A DNA stretch of 62,068 bases from a virus (lineage: Duplodnaviria > Caudoviricetes): the IMG/VR virus record IMGVR_UViG_3300017989_000122, positions 1-62,068 of that record; one strand, 5' to 3'. The position numbers and the translations under genes are program-made. Below, in pieces: positions 38,648 to 48,862 of this stretch. The notes below the pieces were generated by a model that saw only the letters and a program-made list of their open reading frames with translations, did not search any database and was not told the origin of the DNA. Position 1 is the first letter of the stretch. Each line of letters opens with the position of its first letter.

Positions 38648-39015
38648 GGAGGCTGCCGGAACGCCAGCAGTGGTTCCGGCTCGCCGCCCGATTAGGGATG
38701 AGCGTCAAGGAGGCCCAACAGAAAATCGACAGCCGGGAGTTTGCCGGATGGATGGCTATGGAACTCATAGATGGACCGAGTACGCTGGAGCGCGAGGACT
38801 TGCGCTTCGGTGCCATGACCTGCCTTCTGGCAAACTTAATGATGGGGCTGTGGGCGAAGCGAGGCAAGAGATTGTCCATAGCCGACTGCACCTTACAGTT
38901 TGCGCCACGCCAACAGGTCAGAGTGTCACAAAAAGAACTGCGGATGAAGGCCGAGCTGTGGCGTAAGATGACATTTACCAAGGACGGGAAATTGAGAAAA
39001 CGGAAACGGAGATAG
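38641..39015 (+). CDS. Tail assembly chaperone frameshift extension (gpGT-like)
   Basis: WFRLAARLGMSVKE...DSREFAGWMA. Confidence 0.75.
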   Translation, partial: KLRRLPERQQWFRLAARLGMSVKEAQQKIDSREFAGWMAMELIDGPSTLEREDLRFGAMTCLLANLMMGLWAKRGKRLSIADCTLQFAPRQQVRVSQKELRMKAELWRKMTFTKDGKLRKRKRR

Positions 39016-39018
39016 CAG

Positions 39019-41022
39019 ATGGCCACTACAGTTGCTTCAATAATCGCGACCATGGATGTCCATGACCGAGCATCCGGTAAACTGAAAACCGTCACAGGCA
39101 ATCTGCTGAAACTTGGTGCAGTGGTCTCTGGCATCGGTGCTATCGCCTTGAAGAAGTTTGGTGACTTTGACTCGGCGATGCGTAACGTCAATGTAATCGC
39201 CAAGGAATCTGAAAATCAGTTCCGGCGCTCCAGTGATGCCGTATTGGAAATGTCACAACGATTTGCCAAACCGGCCACGGATACGGCCAGGGCACTGTAC
39301 GATATCAACTCCGCGTCGTTCACCGGAGCGCAGGGCTTGAAGGTGTTGGAGGCGGCGTCGAAGGCAGGCCGTGCCGGTGTGTCGGATACTGCTACTGCCG
39401 CCAGGGCCATCACGGCAATCCTTAATGCGTATGGCAAGGAGGCGAGTGAGGCGGCTGATGTGTCGGACATCCTCTTCAAGACGGTTGAGAAGGGTGTGAT
39501 TACCTTCGATGAGTTGGCACAGCATTCAGGTACTGCGGTGGCATCAGCCGCTTTGGCCGGGGTTGAGTTCGGTGAGGTAGCGGCGGCAGTCGCCACGATG
39601 ACCCGTGGTGGTATTCGAGGCGCCGAGGCGTTCACTGCCCTTAACCGGTTCCTCTTGAAACTTGTCGAAGGTGGTGAGGAATTGGACAAGGTATTCCAAG
39701 CCGCCGGCTACGATTCGGCGAAGATGGCCGCAGAGACGGCTGGCCTTGGGACTGTGCTCAATGTCATCCTGAAGGCGACGAATGGGGATGCGAAGGCCAT
39801 CATGGACTTGGGCTTCCAGCTTCGCGCGTTCAAGGCGGTCGCGTCCATCGCTCGAGGCGAGGGCAGGGAATTTGCTAAAGACTTGATATGGGGAACTCAA
39901 GTCGCCGAACGCGCCGGTGCTACAGAGAATGCCTTGGTTGAACAGACGAAGAGTCTGGGCTTCCAGTTTGAGCAGTTGAAGACGACCATTGGTACTACCA
40001 TGATTCGTATCGGGAGGGGGCTGGCGCCTGTTGCCCACGACTTACTTCCGTCAATGATTGAAAAGGTCGACGCACTAGGGAAGGCCTTTGAAAATCTTGA
40101 CCAACCCACTCTCATCTTCATTGGCCGGCTCACGGCGATGACCGCCGCACTAACGGTCCTGGGCGGTACCATGAAGGTATTGAAAGTCCCAACGATTGTA
40201 ACCGCCTCGTGGAAGGGAGTGGCGTGGGCGGTCGGTGGAGTTGTGACTGCCGTCAAGACATTGGGGATAGCGGTGGTTGCCCTTAAGGCCGCACTCGTTG
40301 CGTTGGTAGCAGCAGTCGGTTGGTTTGCCGGTAAGTGGTGGGGTGAGTTTGCAGGGCTCTCGGACTATTTCGCAAAGTGGTTCTTCGGTGCAGACAAGTT
40401 GCGCGAACAACTTAATGAAATAGACCGCCAGCGTGATTCGTTTGGTGAGAAGATGCACCAGAAAAGGATGGAGCGACTCAATGACTGGGTTCAAGGTGCG
40501 TCGATGGCAGAGACCGGTTCCTTTATTGCCGCGATGAAACCGGAGTTACCACTACCGGAAATTGAGGCACTGACCAAGGAACAGCAAGCACAGCAGGACA
40601 AGTTCTGGCGCATTGAGGCGGAGGTATTCCGCTTGCGTGAGGAAGCCGAGTTCAAACAGTTGGATACCCAGGGGAAGATAAACTTCCTCATCGAGAAGCG
40701 TCTGGACCTCGAAAAGAAGTTGAAGGGCATAACCGACCCGGTAGAAGCCATCAAGGTGGAACGGGACAGGGCGAGGTTGGCATCACGACTGGTTGACTTG
40801 CAGAAGATGCAGTCCGCTGAAACGAGGAGGGAGTTTGCCAGGGGGCCACAGTTTGCCGCAGCCGCCGAGAAGGGGACAGTTGCCGCATACTCGATGGTTT
40901 TGAAAGCCGGCACGACTGACCGGAACATCGAGAAGCATACCAAGGCCACAGCAGACAATACGGAAGATATTAAAGATGAGATACGGTCACAAGGCAGATT
41001 GAACGTCGTATCGTTTCCATAG
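39019..41022 (+). CDS. Tape measure protein (TP901-like)
   Basis: FDSAMRNV, DILFKTVEKG, Ala-rich helices; follows chaperones. Confidence 0.9.
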   Translation: MATTVASIIATMDVHDRASGKLKTVTGNLLKLGAVVSGIGAIALKKFGDFDSAMRNVNVIAKESENQFRRSSDAVLEMSQRFAKPATDTARALYDINSASFTGAQGLKVLEAASKAGRAGVSDTATAARAITAILNAYGKEASEAADVSDILFKTVEKGVITFDELAQHSGTAVASAALAGVEFGEVAAAVATMTRGGIRGAEAFTALNRFLLKLVEGGEELDKVFQAAGYDSAKMAAETAGLGTVLNVILKATNGDAKAIMDLGFQLRAFKAVASIARGEGREFAKDLIWGTQVAERAGATENALVEQTKSLGFQFEQLKTTIGTTMIRIGRGLAPVAHDLLPSMIEKVDALGKAFENLDQPTLIFIGRLTAMTAALTVLGGTMKVLKVPTIVTASWKGVAWAVGGVVTAVKTLGIAVVALKAALVALVAAVGWFAGKWWGEFAGLSDYFAKWFFGADKLREQLNEIDRQRDSFGEKMHQKRMERLNDWVQGASMAETGSFIAAMKPELPLPEIEALTKEQQAQQDKFWRIEAEVFRLREEAEFKQLDTQGKINFLIEKRLDLEKKLKGITDPVEAIKVERDRARLASRLVDLQKMQSAETRREFARGPQFAAAAEKGTVAAYSMVLKAGTTDRNIEKHTKATADNTEDIKDEIRSQGRLNVVSFP

Positions 41023-41034
41023 TAGGAGGATATC

Positions 41035-42012
41035 ATGGCCACTGTTGTTGATACAGTCAATGAACTATTCCGTGGGATAAAGGGTGATGATACGACGGAC
41101 AGTCGTTCCACCGTTCGTGTCTTCCTCGTTCAACTGGAAAGCATGGATACCGATGTAATCAAGGTAATCCTTGCGGACTCCAACATCCCACAGAATAACG
41201 ACGCCCACCCGAATGACTCCGGCATCTTCGTCAGAGACCGTGATGTCAAACTGGTCGACGATGATGACAAGCTGACCTGGCTTGTTGAGGTCAGATACTC
41301 GAATGAAGGCGGGGGTGGAGGTGGAGGGGGCAGTGACCCACACCCAACTGACCTACCACCGGTCATCACGTTCAGTGCCGCACAATATACGCGTGTAGTT
41401 GAGAAAGCATATCAGGACGGGACCAACGACGGTTCATCTGGTTCAGGTCCTGATTCCTTGACCCCCGTCACGTCCGGTGAACCGCTCACTCCGGTATTCA
41501 ACTCGGTCGGCAAACCATTCGACCCGCCAGTCGTCCAGGAAGACCAGAATCTCGTCATCACGATTCAGCGCAACGAAACGACGACCGACTTCGACCCGGA
41601 CAATATCAAGGCATATCGTAACACCATCAACTCCATTGACCATACCGGTAGTAACAAGATTGCGGGGGTCGAGTTTACGAAGTTCCAAGGCCGGATGCGT
41701 GGTATCACCGCACAGAAGATGTGGGACAAAGATGGTGACGCATACTGGGCGGTTACTTATGACATTGAGATTCGTGAGGTCACCCATATCCGGCAAGTGC
41801 TCGATGCTGGATATTACTACTTGCAGTCAGGTGGCGGTACGCAGGACTGGTATCCGATTCTGGACAAGGGTTCACCAGCAAAACAAATCACGGAGCCGAT
41901 GGTACTCAATGGCAGTGGTGGTATTGGGTCAAAGTCGAGTCCAGTCTATCGGATGTTCCAAACTTATCTGGCGGCAGATTGGTCGTCACTGAATCTGCCT
42001 GAAGATGAATAG
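41035..42012 (+). CDS. Tail tip/baseplate protein
   Basis: Follows TMP; NSVGKPFDPP. Confidence 0.55.
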   Translation: MATVVDTVNELFRGIKGDDTTDSRSTVRVFLVQLESMDTDVIKVILADSNIPQNNDAHPNDSGIFVRDRDVKLVDDDDKLTWLVEVRYSNEGGGGGGGGSDPHPTDLPPVITFSAAQYTRVVEKAYQDGTNDGSSGSGPDSLTPVTSGEPLTPVFNSVGKPFDPPVVQEDQNLVITIQRNETTTDFDPDNIKAYRNTINSIDHTGSNKIAGVEFTKFQGRMRGITAQKMWDKDGDAYWAVTYDIEIREVTHIRQVLDAGYYYLQSGGGTQDWYPILDKGSPAKQITEPMVLNGSGGIGSKSSPVYRMFQTYLAADWSSLNLPEDE

Positions 42013-42021
42013 GAGGAAACC

Positions 42022-43275
42022 ATGACGGAAGCGTATGGGTTTGATGAGCGTGGGGTCAAACGGATTATTGCGGCAGTGCGGGAAGTGGAACAAGGTGCAG
42101 GGCCTGGTTTCCATCGTCGCCGTTTCAAAACTCCGCAGGAGCCGGGCGGGATATCGTGGCAGATAAAACGGATTGCCGCTTCCGACAGTTCCACCTATGA
42201 CAAGAACAATGCCGATGTGGTTTGTGATGGTACGGCGGATGAAGAAGATTTTTGTTCCTTGCTGGGTGGTACCACACCTGCCACCACTTATCCCAATGAG
42301 TCAGTCACCCCCATTATTGGTTGTGTGAGATTGCAGGTGGCGAGGGGCAACTATTACTTCAGCAAGTCCGTCGTGTTGCCTATGTTTTGTGAGTTGGTTT
42401 ATGTTTCGTCCGGCGGCTCATGCCCGGTGAACTATGTTGCCATCCAACCGGAATCGGGTGCAACGATTTATGCGGCCATCGATGCAAGTAAGAGTGTCTG
42501 GGCCGCCCTCTTGGGTGACTCGGGCAAGTTCAAGATAGTGGCAAACGGCAGTGACCGTTTTACCTCTGGGATTGTTGCTAGTTCCCGTGAAGCGGTCAGC
42601 AATTCCATGCGGGGAGATGGCAACCTTTATGTGCGGTATTGGGAAGTTGATGTCAACTCCTATGGATTTTTCTTGTCGGGCATGGGGAGGGTGAGCCTTG
42701 ATGCGGTGACGGTTACAACGGCTACGAGAGGGGTATATGTTGGCAACTCGGCCTATCTACTCATATCCAAGTCCACACTTACCGGTCCTGGTGCGGGTGG
42801 GCTGGCCGGGATACAAACATCTCATGGTGGCATATTACAATTGTGGGATACCGATGTCACACAGTATGCAAGCGGCTATGGTGCAACACTCTGGTCGGAT
42901 ATATTCACGGTCAACTCGTGCTCGTTTGACAATAACCAGAATGGATTTTATGCCGTTCCGGGCAATTGTCTGTTTGGTTCAGTCCACAACTCACAGGCAA
43001 ACAACAACACGGGAACAGGATGGGCCACATCCTGTCATGTGTTTTATATGTCACAGCCAAATGCCTCCGGTAACGGCACAAACTTCAATTGTTCCAACGT
43101 GATAACATTCGATACCGGTTGGCCGGTTGGCGACCGTGGCAGTGGTCTTTATGGTTGGTTGTCCGATGGAACCAACAGTGGCAAGGACTGCACCACTTAT
43201 GATTACTCATCAGGTGGCGTACTTTACACTCTGGTCAATTTCCCAGGCGGTTTATCAAAGTCGTTCAGGAGATAG
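42022..43275 (+). CDS. Tail protein with beta-helix-like region (receptor-binding candidate)
   Basis: ADVVCDGTAD followed by Gly/Asn/Ser-rich parallel beta-helix-like repeats. Confidence 0.6.
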   Translation: MTEAYGFDERGVKRIIAAVREVEQGAGPGFHRRRFKTPQEPGGISWQIKRIAASDSSTYDKNNADVVCDGTADEEDFCSLLGGTTPATTYPNESVTPIIGCVRLQVARGNYYFSKSVVLPMFCELVYVSSGGSCPVNYVAIQPESGATIYAAIDASKSVWAALLGDSGKFKIVANGSDRFTSGIVASSREAVSNSMRGDGNLYVRYWEVDVNSYGFFLSGMGRVSLDAVTVTTATRGVYVGNSAYLLISKSTLTGPGAGGLAGIQTSHGGILQLWDTDVTQYASGYGATLWSDIFTVNSCSFDNNQNGFYAVPGNCLFGSVHNSQANNNTGTGWATSCHVFYMSQPNASGNGTNFNCSNVITFDTGWPVGDRGSGLYGWLSDGTNSGKDCTTYDYSSGGVLYTLVNFPGGLSKSFRR

Positions 43276-43284
43276 GAGGAAGTC

Positions 43285-43737
43285 ATGTACGGTTATGAAG
43301 TAGCGAAGCGGGATTGGCTGTTGGTAGTGATGGTGCTCATTGCTACCGTGTTTGTGCTGTTGCTGTTGTGTGGATGCTCGTCCACCAACCTGAATGGAAT
43401 CCGAGTCTCCTCAATGGGAATCAAGGTGACAGGTTGTCCATTCGATGCACAGAACCCTGGTAAGGTGGACGTCATTGGTGGTTATTCAGCAGTGACGATT
43501 ATCCCGATGGCGCGAGGACAAGGCGCACAGATAACTGCTATGACCTACGAGATATTGAGTGGGCGTCCAATGTTCGCCGAGGAGATTATCGTTTACCCCA
43601 TAGGGCAGGATAGTGTCCTCAAACTGGAACGCCAACCACAATCGGTATTGAAGATTCCGTGGTTACTCGATATCAAGGCAGGGCCGGCTACTGAAACGGT
43701 CCTTACAGTGGAACCCACTGAGGAAGATTCCCAGTGA
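43285..43737 (+). CDS. Lipoprotein
   Basis: Hydrophobic signal plus LLCGC lipobox-like site. Confidence 0.65.
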   Translation: MYGYEVAKRDWLLVVMVLIATVFVLLLLCGCSSTNLNGIRVSSMGIKVTGCPFDAQNPGKVDVIGGYSAVTIIPMARGQGAQITAMTYEILSGRPMFAEEIIVYPIGQDSVLKLERQPQSVLKIPWLLDIKAGPATETVLTVEPTEEDSQ

Positions 43738-44603
43738 AAGTCCTCATTATTGCAGGGGGTGGCGTATTCGGTATCATCCCGGCGCGTCTACTGGCCGATA
43801 TCGACGGCGGCCTTCGTAAGGTAGGCGTATTCGGCGGGACGTCCATCGGTGGTATCCTATCCATGATGTATGCGTCAGAGACCCATCCACTCACTGTATT
43901 GGGGTCTTTCCGACAAATGATGAGTTCGGTTTTCCATCGGTCATTCTGGAGTCGCCTTGTCCCAGGCCCCAAGTATTCGCCGGACGCGTTGGAGGCAGCA
44001 TTACAGGACACCCTTCCTGATAAGTTGTCCGACCTGCGAGGCAAGGTAGTCATCCCATCCATCGACTTTACCGGTGGCAAACCAAAGGTATGGGATAACA
44101 TATCGCCGCAGGACTTGGCCCTCGAAGCATGGATGGTCGGACGCGCCACGAGTGCGGCACCAACTTACTTCCCGCCGATGGATATCAACGGCCATGCCTA
44201 CATCGACGGTGGCCTCCTGGAAAACATCCCCATCGTGACAACTTGTTGTGCCATTAAGGATAAGTTGGGTATCCAGTTTTCCGAGATGGACGTATTCGTC
44301 ATTGGCACGGGCCACCGGGAAACCGGGAAGTATACGCCACACGAGGTAGCCGGCTGGGGATATCTCAGCTGGGCAAAGCCATTGGTGGAAATGCTGACGG
44401 GGGGGAATGAGATGGGTAGTCCGTTCTGGGCAAAGGAACTCGGACTGGCATCGTTCAGGATGTTTGACCCGGTGCGATTGAAACATAGCTGGAATATGGA
44501 TAACCCAAAGGATGGTGAGAAGGCAGAGGAAGAGGCGGTCAACCATGTTGCGGAGTTTCGTGAACTGTTCAACAAATGGTTAGTGGGAGAAGCAGATGAG
44601 TAA
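43734..44603 (+). CDS. Patatin-like phospholipase
   Basis: GGGVFG oxyanion loop, GTSIG nucleophile, ATSAAPTYF, DGG. Confidence 0.92.
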   Translation: MKVLIIAGGGVFGIIPARLLADIDGGLRKVGVFGGTSIGGILSMMYASETHPLTVLGSFRQMMSSVFHRSFWSRLVPGPKYSPDALEAALQDTLPDKLSDLRGKVVIPSIDFTGGKPKVWDNISPQDLALEAWMVGRATSAAPTYFPPMDINGHAYIDGGLLENIPIVTTCCAIKDKLGIQFSEMDVFVIGTGHRETGKYTPHEVAGWGYLSWAKPLVEMLTGGNEMGSPFWAKELGLASFRMFDPVRLKHSWNMDNPKDGEKAEEEAVNHVAEFRELFNKWLVGEADE

Positions 44604-44802
44604 GTGCGGACTGAAGACGGAAGTATACAGTAGGGTGGTCGGTTACCATCGACCCGTATCCGAATGGCATCCCGGCAAGCAGGAGGAGTTCAAGGGCCGT
44701 AAGGTGTTTGGTCTGCCGACTTCCCGTGCTTCTGCCGCCGACGAGGCAAGCGGCACAGAAGTATCCGAGGCAGATTGCGAAGAGCACAAAGAAGCAATTT
44801 GA
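44596..44802 (+). CDS. NrdD C-terminal-like (glycyl radical motif) small protein
   Basis: TEVYSRVVGYHRPVSEWHPGKQEEF. Confidence 0.8.
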   Translation: MSKCGLKTEVYSRVVGYHRPVSEWHPGKQEEFKGRKVFGLPTSRASAADEASGTEVSEADCEEHKEAI

Positions 44803-45025
44803 GGCATTCTTCATCAAGGACGTAGGGGTGACAACGATTCCACTGGGCAATCCAGTGACGGTCTTTCTTGACCGGTGAACCGTCAGGCCTTTTCGTCCTT
44901 CTCACGGCATGGATTCCTCCCAGGGTAGGTCGTCTTGATTTTCAAACAGCACGTCGATTGTCTCATAGTCATCGAGCAAGTCTAACCAGTACAAAAACTC
45001 TTCAGCGTATAACCAACCTTCCATC

Positions 45026-45643
45026 TCACACCTCCTCCACTTTACTGATTTTCCGTTCCTTGGTCACCTTGAAAACTTTGTCAGCACAACCACCCAGACG
45101 TTCATCATTGGTGACGATGACAAACTGAATACCCAGCCGCTCGGATAACTGCTTGACCAACGCTGCCGCCTTGGGACGGAGGTCTGGGGATACGAATCGG
45201 AAAGGCTCATCCATAATCATCACGGGCGCGGATTCTTCCAGAGTCCAGAGGGTTAACCGCAAGGCAAACGCCGCTACATCCACGGCCCCGCCCCCTGATG
45301 CGGATAAGGGATGTAATTGCGGTCCTTGCCGCCGTCCTCGCTTAAATACGATGTCGCACTCGGTACGGCCCCGGCGCTCCTTGAACTCTACCCGGAGTCG
45401 ATATGCCCCGTCACCAAAAACCTCGGCCAGTGCGAGGCTAGATAATTCGGATAGGTGGAACTCGAGTTGTCGTTGGGTTTCCAAGGCGACTGTCCGAACT
45501 ATGGCAAGTGCCTCCTCACATGCTTCGGCCGTCCGCTTGAACTGCCTTTCTGTTCGGAGGTGGTCCTTGTATTGCCGTTCGAGTTCATCCCGGCGACCGT
45601 GTAGGCGGTCGAGCCGTGCCTTAAGTTCATGTAGGGAGTCCAT
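45026..45643 (-). CDS. SbcC/Rad50/gp46 C-terminal half
   Basis: Signature ASGGG, Walker B IMDEPF, IVTN at the H-loop position. Confidence 0.85.
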   Translation of the reverse strand: MDSLHELKARLDRLHGRRDELERQYKDHLRTERQFKRTAEACEEALAIVRTVALETQRQLEFHLSELSSLALAEVFGDGAYRLRVEFKERRGRTECDIVFKRGRRQGPQLHPLSASGGGAVDVAAFALRLTLWTLEESAPVMIMDEPFRFVSPDLRPKAAALVKQLSERLGIQFVIVTNDERLGGCADKVFKVTKERKISKVEEV

Positions 45644-45863
45644 CCAACAGTTCTTTCAGTTCGGTCATTGCTTCATCGAGTTGCCTCCGTACCTTGGCGA
45701 ACCGCCTTTCTTCCTTACGGAGTTTGATACGGGCCTGTTTGGCACTGGACACTCCTAACTCCTTCATCTGTTCGAGGACGGCCTCGCGTTGGCCGGTAGC
45801 ACGCTGCAAGGCGGTTTTTTCCCTGTCGAGTTGTTCTTCGATATCTTGGAGGTCGGTAGTCAT
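45627..45863 (-). CDS. Small coiled-coil protein
   Basis: Heptad pattern; inside the SbcCD locus. Confidence 0.6.
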   Translation of the reverse strand: MTTDLQDIEEQLDREKTALQRATGQREAVLEQMKELGVSSAKQARIKLRKEERRFAKVRRQLDEAMTELKELLDGLPT

Positions 45864-46795
45864 CTACACTCTTCCATCACTTTCTCGATTATGTTTTGGA
45901 CTCGTTTATTGACCTTATGTGTTTCGAGGTACTTCCGCAAGTTGTCCTCGAACGTGGAACCGATTGCGACATCAGGATTGCCGAGCCGGTCGATGAAGGC
46001 ACTCATACGCTGGTCATGGCCTTCCCGCTCCTCAATGTGTTCACGGCTGACCACGCCCTTCTCATGGGGGATGGTGATGGCCGTGGCGATGTGTTGGTCG
46101 TCGCTGTCCCACAGGAAGGCTGTCGGTTCGTGGTCTACCTGGTCGGCCTTCTGCCGCGTGAACGCGCCGGGGTTGACAAGCCATCGTCCGTGGGCCTGCT
46201 TGTGAAAGGTCTGGTGATTGTCCCCGGTCACGATGAGGTCGTACTTTGCCCCCAACTGATTAAGCAGTTCCTTGGCTGGGAAGCCCTCCGCACCTGGGAA
46301 CGGCGGACGACGTCCCGGCCATACCAGTTCGTGCATGACGAGGACTTTGGTATGTGGAGTGTTTTTCGGTTTGGGGATGGGTTCTCCCCAGCTCGCCCCG
46401 TAGAAGTCCACGCCGCCGCAAGTAATTGGCTCCTTACTTAACAGTCGTACACCTCCCCCGCCATCATGGCTAGGACACAGTTCAATCAGCAACGCCAGCG
46501 CGGAGTCTGACAGGGCGTCGAACCGGTGGTTGGGCAGGTCGTGCTGTCCCGCCACGACCAGGACAGGCGTGGACGAGTTGCGGAAGTGGATGGCGCAGTC
46601 GTAGATGAACGGCATGGCGCGGCGGATGTCGCTCGCCCCGGTCCAGCGGTCGAAGATGTCCCCGGCGATTACCTTGACCTCGGGCCGGTTCATCAACCAG
46701 TCCAGCTTGCGCCATTGCGCCGCCATAAAGTCGTCGGTGCGGCAGGGCGGGGGCGTGTCGCGGAGGTGCAGGTCGGCGACAAAAAGATGGTTCAT
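45860..46795 (-). CDS. SbcD/Mre11/gp47-like metallophosphoesterase nuclease
   Basis: ADLHL, AGDIFD, AGQHD, VMHE, GDNH, NPG. Confidence 0.9.
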   Translation of the reverse strand: MNHLFVADLHLRDTPPPCRTDDFMAAQWRKLDWLMNRPEVKVIAGDIFDRWTGASDIRRAMPFIYDCAIHFRNSSTPVLVVAGQHDLPNHRFDALSDSALALLIELCPSHDGGGGVRLLSKEPITCGGVDFYGASWGEPIPKPKNTPHTKVLVMHELVWPGRRPPFPGAEGFPAKELLNQLGAKYDLIVTGDNHQTFHKQAHGRWLVNPGAFTRQKADQVDHEPTAFLWDSDDQHIATAITIPHEKGVVSREHIEEREGHDQRMSAFIDRLGNPDVAIGSTFEDNLRKYLETHKVNKRVQNIIEKVMEECR

Positions 46796-47712
46796 GTAGT
46801 TCTCCTTCGCCACGGTCTACCGCATGTTGGACAAACTGCAGGACACTTGGCTTCGAGTGACTTGATATTTGATTTGTGCTCCTGGATGTCCTCGTCCAGG
46901 TCCTCGAGTCTGGTCAGCAGGCGAGTCAACTCCTTGGACTGGGATAACTCCCTGGTATACTGCGCGGAGGTTTGTCGTATCCCGATTATCATCCCCTCCA
47001 CTTTCGCCACTACGCCCTCACGCGCTCGAAGCTCCCGCGCCGATGGCATCCCCTCAGCTTCCTCCAGGATGCCCTCCAATGCCGTAATCCTGGCCAGTCC
47101 TTTATCCATCTTTGCAGTCAATGAGGAGGCCGTGGCGAACAGCACATCCAATTGTGGCAGGACTTTGTCGAGTGGCTCCGCCTCCTCCTTCATCCGTTCC
47201 GCCTCATATCCATAGTGGTCGGCGGTACGCCGGGCCTCCAATAGTCGGGAGGAAAGTGTGGAGAGCAGGTCGTCGATTCTGTCCAGGTCGGCGAAGCGGT
47301 TCAGCTCCCGCGCCACCTGGCCGGGGGACAGGGTAAGCAGGAATGGCGGGTCATGTTGGTGCTGGATGTTGATATCGGTCAGTCCCAGTAACTTGATGAT
47401 GTCTTCCGGTACCCCTTGACCGATGGCTTTGAAGTCAACATTATCCGCACCGTAGATGTTGAGTTTGTCCTTCTTGGTGCGGCTTATTATTGCCCCGTCA
47501 TCCAGTTCCACTGCAATATGGGTACCCCCTCCCCAGTGTGAGCGGAAGGCATCCCCAACAGGGCGGTTCGTCCGCACCCACTCCAGTGCCCGTAGGATTG
47601 CAGTTTTTCCACTGTCACTGCGCCCGACGACGACGTTGACGCCGGGAGCGAGGTCGAGCCGCGTATCCTTGTGAGACTGGAAGTTCTTGAGTTGGATGGT
47701 GCGGATGGTCAC
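46792..47712 (-). CDS. SbcC/Rad50/gp46 N-terminal half
   Basis: LKNFQSH, Walker A GRSDSGKT, Q-loop, terminal CPTCG hook-like motif. Confidence 0.88.
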   Translation of the reverse strand: MTIRTIQLKNFQSHKDTRLDLAPGVNVVVGRSDSGKTAILRALEWVRTNRPVGDAFRSHWGGGTHIAVELDDGAIISRTKKDKLNIYGADNVDFKAIGQGVPEDIIKLLGLTDINIQHQHDPPFLLTLSPGQVARELNRFADLDRIDDLLSTLSSRLLEARRTADHYGYEAERMKEEAEPLDKVLPQLDVLFATASSLTAKMDKGLARITALEGILEEAEGMPSARELRAREGVVAKVEGMIIGIRQTSAQYTRELSQSKELTRLLTRLEDLDEDIQEHKSNIKSLEAKCPAVCPTCGRPWRRRTT

Positions 47713-48158
47713 AGCATCTTGTCCAGGTCGACGCCCTTGTCCCTCATCTTGGCCTTCAGCTCCTCGACCTTGGCCTTGACTTCGGGCGATGCGTCCGGTG
47801 CGGAGCTAATCGCCACGGCCATCTTCATCATCAGAAGCAGGGGGGCTTTCCGCTCCGCCATCTTCTTCCCGTACTTCGCCACCTCCGTCGCCTCCCGCTC
47901 CTTGAACTCCTGGTCCTCGGTGATTCCCGCGAACCAAGTCAAGGCAAATATCGTGTGCGGGCCGAGCGGGCCTTCCGGCACCTTGGACGGCAGATGGAGG
48001 CCGAGCCCGTCCTTGGTGAAGGAGACGAGGGCAACATCGTCCGGCACCTGCTCGTCAAGTCCCCGCAACCACTTCTGCGCGGGCGTCAGTTCCTGTTCCT
48101 CGTCGGGCTTGTTCCCCTTCGCCGCTCCGTCCAGGATGTCTCCGAGTCTGCTGACCAT
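47709..48158 (-). CDS. Hypothetical protein
   Basis: GAGGAGGAAC leader before ATG 48158. Confidence 0.6.
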   Translation of the reverse strand: MVSRLGDILDGAAKGNKPDEEQELTPAQKWLRGLDEQVPDDVALVSFTKDGLGLHLPSKVPEGPLGPHTIFALTWFAGITEDQEFKEREATEVAKYGKKMAERKAPLLLMMKMAVAISSAPDASPEVKAKVEELKAKMRDKGVDLDKML

Positions 48159-48178
48159 TGCGGTTCCTCCTCTGTTGG

Positions 48179-48862
48179 TTATCTTGGTGTGGTCCTTCTC
48201 CTTCGCCTTCGCTTGATTACAACCACGTCGCCCGGCTTCGGTTCGACGGTAAGGACCTTTGCAACATTCTTCGAGGCTTCCCCCTCCCACCATCGCTTCT
48301 TGAAGAAGTCGGGGTCAACCCAGTCCAGCCAGCTGGTCAGGCGCACGGCGAACCAGACCTCCTTCCAATCCCTCATGCGTCCGCCACAAAAGCCTTCGGC
48401 CACGTTCACGAAAACATTGCCGTCGCCAAAATGCTCCTTGAGCTTGTCATTGAGGGACTTGGGGTAAATCATTACGGGCACCCGCTGGTCCCGCTTGGCA
48501 ATGATGATTCCGAAGGGACTGCCCGCCCGTTCCCTTTCCTCTTCCACTTGTCGGATGAAGGAGCCAACCGTTGCTTCGTCCTTCATGTTCTTGCCGTAGT
48601 CCAACTGGTCAAGGAATGACCATTTGCCGTAGCCGCACTTGAGTTCGATAACACAGGCGTCAATAAGCGGTTGGCCCACCGGGTCGGTTGCCTGCACATC
48701 GCCGTATTGGTTGGCGGTGCGACGACGCCGACGTGTGGCCATGCCGCCCGACCCGGCGGTGCGCCAGAAGATGTCGTCGTGCTCGTTGTCCGACCACCAC
48801 CAGGAAAGTTGGCGGCAAATCTTCCGCTCGAACGAACTGCCTTTGTGGGCTCCCTTGGTCAT
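48179..48862 (-). CDS. Holliday junction resolvase (PD-(D/E)xK, Hjc-like)
   Basis: KGSSFERKIC, SGG, GDV, IELK. Confidence 0.85.
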   Translation of the reverse strand: MTKGAHKGSSFERKICRQLSWWWSDNEHDDIFWRTAGSGGMATRRRRRTANQYGDVQATDPVGQPLIDACVIELKCGYGKWSFLDQLDYGKNMKDEATVGSFIRQVEEERERAGSPFGIIIAKRDQRVPVMIYPKSLNDKLKEHFGDGNVFVNVAEGFCGGRMRDWKEVWFAVRLTSWLDWVDPDFFKKRWWEGEASKNVAKVLTVEPKPGDVVVIKRRRRRRTTPR

